64,000 bases of DNA from Adineta vaga (taxonomy: Eukaryota; Animalia; Rotifera). The notes under the pieces were generated by a model that saw only the letters and a program-made list of their open reading frames with translations, was not told the origin of the DNA and did no database searches. Shown here piece after piece: positions 1 to 12,000 of the stretch (within the stretch, counting starts at the first letter, position 1; every line of letters begins with the position of its first letter). Location of the stretch: positions 3,844,001 through 3,908,000 of the forward strand of contig CP075495.1 in the NCBI GenBank assembly GCA_021613535.1, given 5' to 3'. The translations under genes and the position numbers were made by a program.

Positions 1-3000
1 CACCTACTCCTGTTCCTTCAACATCAATATCCGACGATATACACTATGCAAAAATGCGTTTCATATCTTCTCCAGTCTTTCAACTACGTGATATAATTCA
101 TGCTCTATTAACATCATCATCATACGATCTCATTTCGACATTTTTAACTTATGGTCAATTATTAGGTGCATCAGCACTTCATGGTTATCTTGTTGATCGT
201 TCGAATGATACACAATTAATAAATAATGATGAGAATACATCTTATCCAGGTATTGCTCTTTATATTACTTATGATATGAAATTAAATGATCAACAATGGA
301 AAGAACAATTTGGTATTCATGAATCAACAAGTATTAAATCAAAAACTCCATCAACATTTTTTCCATTAACAGATTATTTATGTATATTAAGTGGTTCACG
401 AGTCATATTCTATGATCCAAATGAACGTATTATAAATGAAGATCGTGCATTTGTTTCTATATTTGATCTGGAAACAGATGATATAACATCATTTAAAGAT
501 CAATTTTCTCCATTAGATTATTTTCTATTTAAATCAAAAACATATTATAATGGAACATTAATACGTTTACCATTACGAACAATTCTAACACAAAAACAAA
601 CATTAGATGATTTAAAACAACAAATCTATAAATATTTTCATTTAAATAATTCATTAATTGATTTATTATTAACACAACAGAGTTTAAATACAATAGATTT
701 TGATTATACGAAAGATTTCGAAATATTTCAACGATTTTTATCCTATGAAAAACATTCAATATCAAGTATACATGATAATCAATCTAGAACAGAAATTATT
801 CATTTAACATTATCTCGATTAATTAATGAAATTAATACAAGGTTTGTATTATATAACTTCTTTTTTTATCTCTTAATAATCGAAAGTATTTCTAACTTCA
901 AAGATAAACTTTAAAGGTTATGAAATTTCTCTTGAGTAATGATCATAATAGTTTAAGTTTATATATATATATATATATTGAAATCTTCTAGTGATGTATC
1001 CTGCTGGCTATTATCGACTCATATTGGTCATAATGATAATATAAAAACTAAAATTGAGTTAAAACTACTTCTTCCACTAACACCACTTAGTCTCTCATCG
1101 GAATCTTACGATTCATCTACACAATTATATAAATATCAACTAATTCAAATAACTTCATCTCGAATTTTATATTATTATACAACATCAATATCAGCAGTAA
1201 ATCTCTCCTCTAACGATGATCTATGCCAGCATTTGCGTCAAATTAATTTTCCACGTGCTTATGCATTATTTTTAAAAGATTTATCTCGATTAATCAAACC
1301 AACATCATCATCATCATCGAATTTATCCATCGATCTTATTTGGGAATTAATGCCTGATATTGATGAACATCAACGTTTATGGAATGATAAACATAAATAT
1401 TCTTCACAATTGCAACAAAGTATTCAATTGATCAATAAAATTATACCAGATATGTGGAGAGAAATTGGTAAGATAACGTAAAATTTGTTTTGAGACACAG
1501 ATCGTCTGCTAAATTAAGATGAATTGTCTATAATCATGAGCAAAATATCTGGTCAAGTATACATTGACGTAAATTGTCTCATTTAATTCTAGGTAAACAA
1601 GAATTATTCTATTCTGTAACAGATGGTTGGGGTTATGTAGCTATTGAAGATATGATTATAAATAATGTTGAAACAGGACCAATTCAAGATGTATTAACTT
1701 ATGTTTTTTCTGAAGCAAATGCACCAATTGTTATCTTACCATCACATGTTATCAATGGTTTATGTAAATATTCTAATAAGCATTATTTACAAGTTATGAC
1801 ACCATTTCATGCATCAGAATTATTAGCAAAAAATGCATCGATTCTTCTACGTTTAACATCGGAACAGAAACTTTCTTTACTTAAATATATCATTTTCAAT
1901 GATCCCGATCCAAGTTTAGTACTTGAATTAGAATTATTACCATTAGCAAATAATACATTTGCAACATTTCAAACCAAACAAGCAATTATTACCTATATTA
2001 TGGATCGAAATATAAATTTCTTGAAATTATTTCATAAAGAACAGCACGATCGATTTTTAAATCCTCTGATTGATCAAGATGTATTTGATAAATTATCTTC
2101 GAAGATTTTTCAAGGTAACATATATGTGTACATATTTTGTTTAGAATTTATTTGCATTTGATTAATGTTTTTCTTTCTCGTCTGTTGCTTTTATTTTACT
2201 TTCATCATTTTGAATTAAGTAGCAAAATCTTTCAAGAGCGAAAAAAGAAGAAAGAAAGATTTCTTGTTTTTGTTTTATAGTAGTTACCTTCTATTTCTAA
2301 GCACATTTTCTTTTCTTTCTCGCATACTTGATGAATTTCAACAGGGTGGATTTTTTTATTCAAATAACGAGCAGACCTAGTAAAGCGAAGCCACGTAAGA
2401 GAGAAAGCGCGATGAAGGGAGAAACGGCAAAGCGAGAGAGAGGTAAAGAAAAGAAAAAAAAATGTCTTTAACTTCAACAAACTGAATGCTGACGACGTCG
2501 ACAACGCCGACCGCAAGTGGTACTACAAACCGACAACGACAATAAGTGTGATTGCACGTGTGTTGTTTTTTCTTCTACTTGGTTTCAAGTAAATCGAATA
2601 TGTATCGACCAACGAATTATAATAATTCGATGGGAAATTATTCTGATCGATATTCACAAAATTCTCGTCGAACAGAATCAATTTCACCCTCAGCTCGTGA
2701 TCGAGGTAATAAATAAAACAAAGTAATGCGAATAGGAAGAAAAAAAACGAGAAATTTTCGTCAATAAGAAATCACCAAATAAACAGAATTATATGTTTGT
2801 TTTCTTTATATTTCTTTCGATGTATAGTGATATAAGTAGAAATGTTCAAGGTAAATGAGAAATTCTTCGGATAGAGAGATAAGAAGAAGAAAAAACGTAA
2901 TGTTGCCATTTTTATTTGTGTTATTCGTTAACCTTAAGTAATGATCAAGGTTTTTCATCATCGTACGTATGTTCCACACATGTCGAAAGATGATCAAAGA

Positions 3001-6000
3001 ACATCGTTATCGATTTATCGTAAATGACTAAGGAGCAATTAGATTGACTGTGATTTATCAGTCCAAGTAGATTTGGCAGCAGCAGATCGAGGTCGTTTTT
3101 CATAGAACGCATGCATATGTTAGAGAAATTGAGGTTTGGTATCTTCGAGCAAGGTCAATGTAAACCATACCCAATTGATCATTATCATTATCTGTAGATT
3201 TACAACGAAAAAAAAATAGGGAACTAAACTAGAGTATTTGTCAACGACACAAGGTGAAGTGAGTTTTATACATGTTTATTGTATCTCCATGGTCAATGAT
3301 TTAATTATTAATGCGCATATATTCATTATCTATTCGATGTTTGATCACTATTGAACTATATCCTTAAGGATAAAACCGAAAAGAGAAATCAATCTTTTTA
3401 ATCTTTTCAAGTTCTTTCCGTTCCGTTTCTTTCCTTTCTTCTTCTTCTTCTTGTTCTTCGTTTGTCGAACAATGAATACAATGAAAAACCGATTACATTC
3501 CCTCTTTTTTTCTCTTTTCAAGTGAACTATTTCAAAGCAAATAAACCATTGATGAAATATGATGACCCGGTATAGATTAATTTCTTCTTCGATTAATAAC
3601 AATCGTCTGATACAATCTATCGCTCACTGACTACTTATTTATTCTGACACATAACAAAATACTTCCAGCTATATCTCTAGTGTTTCCCTATGATTATTTT
3701 TCTCTCTCTATTTCTTCTCTCTGTCTCCTATCGTTGTTCTAACAACTGCTTAACAATAGCAGTTCGAAATTCTACTCAACCGATGTTGGTTGACGGCTAT
3801 AGTAAGCACTTGAACTCATATGCATGGATGCTTCTTTTCTTCACTTTTTTTTCACATTAAACGTATACATATACTTATATTTATATGTGTACATTTCATA
3901 AGATGACGATGAGTGTTGTTATAACGAATACTTCGTAAAATTGATCTGTCAATATCGATTGGTGACATAGTAAAACAACGAAGAAAAGGCGATTTTTCTT
4001 CAAGGATTTACTACGATTATCATATACAATAGGAAAAGACTAAACGAAACAAAATAATCGTGAAGAAGAAGAAGAAGAGATTTTAATTGAAATCAATTAA
4101 ATACTTTTCAATATTCAAATAACGATCGATAAAAATCAATCTTCTTCTTCAAAAAAAAAACGTTTTATTATTTTAATGGGTAATACGCATTGCGCAAGAA
4201 GTTCATGTTCATCGAAAAAAATTGACACAACTTCTTTAAATAATCATCATTCGTCATCAAAACGTATACATCGATACAAAGAACAATCATCTGTTCCATC
4301 CTCACCTTCGAATTCAATCTCGAAAGGTAATATATTTCTTATTTGCTAACACCATCTCTTATTGACATCAAGTTGTATAAGTGATTTTCAAGAGTTCTTC
4401 GTTTAATACATGTATATATAGATATATATTCATTTCCACTTGAATTTATGTATATATATATATATTCGAATTGAACATGTCTATGACATTTATTTTACAT
4501 AGACATAGTTATACTTATCGTTCGATATTTTCAATGTTAAATAACGAAGGAAAGCTTAGAATAGCAATGTATAATTAACTATTTGTCAAATAAGTCTATA
4601 TACATATCCTAAGAGATTAGTTTCTATGTACGGTTTCATCGATATATATATATATATATACGATATCAGTTGTAACAGTTTTAATCGTTGTAATAATAAA
4701 TCGAGATTTTACAGTATGTACTTGTAAGAGAAAAGATATCATATGACTTTCGTATTTCAATAAAAGATAATTTCATCAATTTGAAAAGATTCTTTTCTTT
4801 CAAGAACAGTTTAGTTTAAAATATAATTATAGAATATATATATATATATGTCCAGAAGGACTTTGATTCTTTATTATTACTCTACACTTTTCCCCAATGT
4901 TCTTCAATTGATTTTTTGACATCAGTAATGAACAAGGATTTGAATATAATGAAAGAAAGGAAGAAAGACTAATCGACGAACAGAGATGCGTAGAACGATT
5001 GTATATAGAACATAAGAGAAAAAATCCTTCGATTAGGTCTATATAATCTGGAATAGTTTGACGAGTTCGCTTTCTTTTTTATTCTGTACGTTGTTCGAAT
5101 GGCATCAAGCAACAATGGTACTAGTTCATTGAAAAAACGCCATATATCGTTTAATCATTTTCTTGCGACGAAAAATCTATCGATATTTCGATGTAAATCT
5201 CCAAATATCGATAATCCAAATTCGATTTCGAATATATCCGAACTTTATCAATCACCAACTCATTTAACAAAGGAACAAATATCTCTTCATAAAGACTGGT
5301 TTCAAGATTATTTATCACAACCTATTTCACTTGATCTGCAACTTTTTAAAGATCTTCTGATAGAAAATGAAGAATATCTTATCCAAGAACAACTATCACC
5401 AGAACTGAACGGTAATCTATCGAAGTATTTGTAGAAGAAATTTTATTGTTATTTTTATTAGTCTAGTCGTTATAGATCGATACGATTAAGTTCAATTATC
5501 TCATCGCATGTTCAGAAATTTATACCATTCCGATCTATTTCAGTTTACTAGTCGTTTTTCATTGTATTGTTCAAGAAATGAAAGATACATTTACATTGTA
5601 TATCCTTGAACAACTTTCAGAATACTTCCTTGAATGAGAAGAGGTCACTATATATTTGTTGGAACATATCATTAACAATCAGTAGTATTCATAGTCGAAG
5701 AAAAATTACTCTTAGGTCGACCTTTTACATCATCTTCATCGAAATTATAGTAAAAACAATTTATGTGTATTCATTACGGTATGTGTTAATGATCAGAAAA
5801 AATGTTCTTCCATGTCAATTGAGAACCTATTAAAAAAAATAAACTTATCTCAAGGTAATCAATAGACATATCGAAACAAATTTGTCTCGTTTCTTTTCCT
5901 ACTTGAGTATATATACTGAAATCGAATGTGAGGAAAAAATTGGAAGAAATTTTCTCGAAGGTCACTGATTATTGAAAAGGAACAAATATCATATGACAAG

Positions 6001-9000
6001 TTTTCTGTTATTTCAATTGACATACATATAGTTTGTAAACAGATCTGTATTATATATATATATATATATATACGTATGATTGAATGATCTACCTCGGTTT
6101 TATTGTAAGTGATTGATCTAGTTGTATAAATTTGTTGTTAGTTCATTTCTGTTCAATCAATTCTCACAAACGACATATGTATGTCAATGATTACGTAAAA
6201 AAATATCGACTACAATCATTTTGATAACAACTTCATTATGCGATGACATTACATAGCTTCATTCTACCGGTGCAAACTGCTACCATGAATATAATAGAAA
6301 GAAGAAGAAAAAAAGAGAATGAGTGATGGTATTACTCTTCTACTTGGTAATATGTGTGTATATACGCGTATATTACTATTCTTTTTTTGCTGTTCTTTCT
6401 TCGTTTTTTACCTTACTGGTCTTTCTCATCCTCTACACCGATCGTGCTTGAATACATTCTCTTTCTCTCATTTCTCTCTCTCTTCTCTTCTCTTCTCTTC
6501 TCTCTTTCCTATGAGTATACGTACAGATTTTTTTATGATGACGTCCCTGTACATACGCCATCACTCTCTTACTATTACTCTTCTTATTCTTCTTCATCAC
6601 ACGTTCGTCGTACGAAGAGAAGAATAGAGTGAAGATTGAGGATGATGATTACGATTATCGTCTAGCCTGAAATAAAAAAAACTACTATACCATATACATA
6701 TATATATATAGTATACATTCAGCCAGATATACTATGGATTCGAGGCATAGCTATTCTGCAACTGTACCAGCAACTGATGAACATTCATCGCATACTGTTA
6801 AAAAACGTAATGAGAATAACGTACAAAATAATATAAATCTTTCAACACCTGCATCTACACGTTATTTTCATCGTGCTCCTTTAATAATTCCTCAACATCA
6901 TCAACAACGTCTTCGTACTTCATCTCCAAGATTTTCTTCTTCATATTTGGGCCCATTGAATCAACATCGTACACGTTTTCTATCCGCTTGGGATCTTACT
7001 CCAAGACCAAACACACATACTTCAACACACAATACGACTGCTACAACTCCAACACCTATATCACTAATTGAACACTATGATAATGAAGTCAATCCTTCCA
7101 ATTATCGATACACAATTCTACTACAAATCCTTCACAACTTTATGATGAAAAATCATACTCTCCACGATCAAATGTACCTAATGCATCACACAATCCTTCA
7201 ACATCTATTCCCACACCTGTCTTAGTTCCCAAAGCCACTGAGTTTAATGCACGTTCTCCACGAGTAAATTCATCACGACATATATCCGGAACATCATCAA
7301 CGCCGAGATCAATACCGAAACCACATAATGAAACTTCACGTTCTTCTCGAACATCGATGCATGGATCAACTCGCAATAAAATTACATCTCTTCCAGCATC
7401 TCCCTTAGTGTCAAAACAACAAGATGAAAGTTTGCGCTCGTCAAGACCAACTATACACAATTCACTACGCAATTCTCTAACAACGACTTCAACACCTACA
7501 GTAGCGCTGCAACAATATGTTGAGGGTTCGTGTATCTTGAACAGTTGCATCTTTCTTTAATTAGATATCTATCTATGCACATGAAAATTGTGTAATACTT
7601 TTTTCATTTCTTTTCTTGCGCAGTGGTATGCAGATATATCTCTAAAAGAGATACGTACATACCTCGAAAATTTCTCGAATTATTGATAAGTTAAAGAAAA
7701 CAATAGGAATAGATATCTTTCTCATAATTTCCCACATGTTTTTTATTGGTTCATAAAGATAAAGAGAAAGAGAGAAACGTATTTGCAGTAAATGTCAATC
7801 AATAGGAAAAAAAATTCTTACTATTTATCCTTGATAGAAGTGACAACAAAAAAGCTGATCGTTTACATTACTCTAAAAGATTTATCCATCAACAGAAAAA
7901 CGTTTTTATTAATCAGCAGACCATAATAAAAGAATGCGCTTGCAGCAGAATATTTATGGCATAATGTGTCTCACACACATACTTTTTCTCCCTCTCTCTC
8001 CTTTCTTTCGATTTTTTTATTTAAATAAGTCCTTGTTCTTGAAAAGAATAAACAAAAAACGAAAGTTTCATCAACGTACAAACCAAAACACTTTCTTCTT
8101 CGATTGTTTACACGTATCATCGTCAATCTTTAGGCGTTTTGTACCTTTTTTTTCTATTGTCTTTACACGAGGAATAGCGACAATGTGATGATCGAATCTC
8201 GAGGTATAAAACCACATAAATTTATATACATATAAATATAAGTGTCTGATTGCTTTCTCGTTCTGTCTTTCGACGAGAACGAACGAATGCATGAGTAGAC
8301 TGCTCATTGTTAAGAAGGACATCCAAGTATGTATGTACGAGACAGTCGACATGTGTAGTCTTTTCGGTTTAGAAACTTACTAATCAGTTAGATCAAAAGT
8401 TCGTTTGTTAACGTTAGTTTTTCGTTTCCTTCCTATTATTAAAAAGAAATGAAAAGATAAAGAAAGATTGCGTTGAATTTATTATTACTTTTGCACTTTT
8501 GTAAAAGAAAGAAAGAAAGAAAGAAAAGATCGAATTTCCAATAGTAATGAAAACGGACACTATTCAATCTTGACCTCTTATTGACAATTCTTTTACACAC
8601 AGCTGTTACTATCACAATCTCGTTGCCAATCGTGTACGTACGTTGTTAAAAGAATAAAGACCTAGACAGACATTGAAGTTGTTCCTTTTTTTTTTGTTGC
8701 TTATTCTTCTTTCATATGCAATGAAGGTAGACAAAGACAGACTATAGGGATTAATCAATCAATCAATAGATTAACAAAAGAAGAAAGATCTTTTGCTTTC
8801 TTTTCCCTCTTGATTAACATTTACTGATTAATCAAGTATGTCATTGAATTGATTTACTAAATACCCTTCGTTTCGTATTCTTTTGATTTTTTAATCAATT
8901 GGTATCAGCTGTCTTATTTTATCTTTGATTTTTATTTTCTCTTTTCTCTTTTCATTAGATCGAACTCAACTACAAACGATGCCAGCGAAAGATTTTGCTG

Positions 9001-12000
9001 ATTTAGTTATGTTACCACGAGAATGGCGTCGTGGTGATGATTGTATACAATGGCCACGTACACATGATTATTACAACATTCCATGGCTTGAAAATCTTTG
9101 GAAATATATTAATGAAAAACTTCCTAATGATTTAACACTTCTAGAAAATACCAATATACTTTATTTACAACCTATATCACGTCCTTTAGGTACAACAACA
9201 GGAAACAATACCATAGCATTGTATAAATTATCGAAAAATATTGGTCTTATTCAATTACCAACAGTGCCAAGTAAAGATGATTTAGCTATACAAAAAGTAC
9301 TTTTGAAATTAAATTTTCATTGTGTTGAACCATTTCCGGAAATTATACGTCGCCATAAATTAATCGATGAATATGTTCCACAATTATCCTGTTTAGGTCT
9401 ATTACAAATTCTTAAATGTCGCTTAAGACATTTTACACAATTGAAAATTCAACATGAATTTAATACATTATTAAATGAACATGATATGAAATTATTACGA
9501 CAATATCTTTCACGAATAATGACTCAACAATTAGATGATTCAAATATTCAATGTATTAAACAATTACCCATTTTTGATAATGCTTACTTAGTTCATGATA
9601 GCATTCACCAAACTCAAACTCAACAACAACAACAGCAACAATATTATAGATATATTAGTTTAAGTAATATTTTATATATTTATGAATCTGGTACAAAATT
9701 GCCTATTGATTTACAACCACCGAAACAATGTATTCATGTTACAGATAGTGATTCGAGAATTTTATTAGATAAATTAGGTTATGTTATACATGATTTTACA
9801 CATGTTGCAAGATATTTAATAACAACGATTGGACAACAACAACAATCAAATATTCAACAACAACAAAATGCAACAAATATTAATCTTAAAAATGATCAAC
9901 ATAAAATGTTATTTTTAGGTAAGAATAACTTTTAAAATTCTCGCTATCTATTTCGCTGTTTTCGTTTGTCTTCTAGGAAAATGGTTATTAGCTAATTGTT
10001 CAAATCTAATTTTAACTGATGTTGTTAGTCAAGAAACTCTGTCCACATGTCGAATTTTTCCAAATCGAAAAAGTGAATTATGTTCATGTCAACAAATGTT
10101 TGATCCATCGTCATTTCATGTGAATAATAAAGACAAATATTTAAGTTTATTTGAATTAAGATATCTTCCTGCAATTGAATTATGTAGTGTACATGAAACA
10201 TTAACATTATTAAAACATTTAAAATTAAGACAATTTTACGATATGAAATGTGATGAATTAATTGATATATGTGAAAGTACAATGAAAGAATCTTCATCAT
10301 CAACAACAGCCAAACGTTTATCAATGGTATTATTAGCTGATTTTCTCATTGATATTTTACAACAAAATCCAAAATTAATCGAAGAATATTCTCAAACAAA
10401 ACGACTTAGTTTAAAACAATATTTAAATATGACATCATGGGTGCCTGTTATGATTGAAAGACCACATGGCTATCCTTTAACATTAACATGGCAAGGTAAA
10501 TCATTTTTTTAGAACTTCTCATGACATACAATAGATACGATCTTGAATTCATGTAACATTCTTCTCGTCAATGAACTCTCTCCTTGATCTTTCTTGCATT
10601 TCATTTTTGAAAGTCATAGTTCTATCAAACTAATTATATTGAATATTTCACCGTGACAGTCAGCTGATTATTTTGTAAACAGAAATGTTTTTTCTTCGTC
10701 GTTGAATACCATAACGATCTAGAATGTCATCTTTGATAGGAATATTATTGTAAACAAAATAATTAGTTTCAGTCAACTAACTTTTTGACTTCGTTTCTTG
10801 TAGGTTCAATTGATCCTCGTCGTGCATTTGTTAATCCACGTGAAGTATGTGATAAAACGAATGCATATCTTGTTGGCGGTGCAGCTCTTGTTACATCAAT
10901 TGATCTTCCTGAATCATTTTATCATTCAACACGTTCATCAAATCGTACTCTACTTGATCTACGTGAAGTTAAACTTGATCTATTAATCAAACAATTGAAA
11001 TGTTTAGTTTTATGTTATCAAAAAAGTTCACCGCATGAACAAAAAAGTGAAACATTTGATTATTTAAATTTATGTAAACGTCTTTATGAGACATTATCTC
11101 ATTTTACGAATACGAATGACATTTCAAATGAAATGCGTAAATGTAATTTAACTGAATGGATATGGAATGGTATCAATGGATTTTCTACAACAAATCATAT
11201 TTATCTAGTGGATAAAACACATCCGTTAGCATCTTATGTACAAATCATTCCATATGAATTATATACCTATCGAAAGTTTTTTGAAGCAATGGGTGTAAAA
11301 AATCAACCTGAATCATCAAAAATTGAAGATTTATTACGAAATCAACAGCAACAACCTATTGAGGAGCATTTAATTCGATGGATTAAAGAAACTTATACAA
11401 CTGACCGTCGTCTATTACAATTAATCAATGATCTTGAATTAAAATCTCATTCAAAAGGAAATACAAATCATAGTAATCATCAACAACAACAACAACAACC
11501 GAACAACAATACTAATAGTACCAAAAATAAAAATGCTCATGATGAACAAACACGTATTACTTTTTCGAGTACACTTGATTTATCGGATGACAAGGTCTAT
11601 CTTTATTTACCAGGTAAATTCGCAAGGCTATTAAAAAAAATCAAATATTTATATGTTTTTTTCATTTCTCTGGTCTTTTCTAGATATTTTCAATAAACAA
11701 ACAAATATTAAAGAAACGGTTGTTCAAGCTTTATCCACGATTTCTAAAGAGAAAAAAACTCAATTATTAACTGAAGAAGATTATTTCATTCGAAAAATGT
11801 CCGGAAGTGAATATCAAAAGAATTTATATGATCATTATCGAGCATATAATGATTTACTTCTACCAAATTTAAATGTTCTTCCGAAAAATGTTAAAGATAC
11901 ATTAGTTTTATTTGCATTAGATCATGCTGATAATACAATGTTAAATATATTAAAACAACATTGTTGTATACCATGTACACCCAATGGAAGAACATTGAAT

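Noticed and set aside
6319-6632. Phe/Ser/Leu-rich ORFs (also 2232-2516, 3348-3602, 46597-46856, 60802-61039)
   Set aside because: They are translations of CT- or A-rich low-complexity UTR and intron sequence.
7140-7550. 136-aa minus-strand ORF
   Set aside because: It is the antisense shadow of the plus-strand leader D exon.
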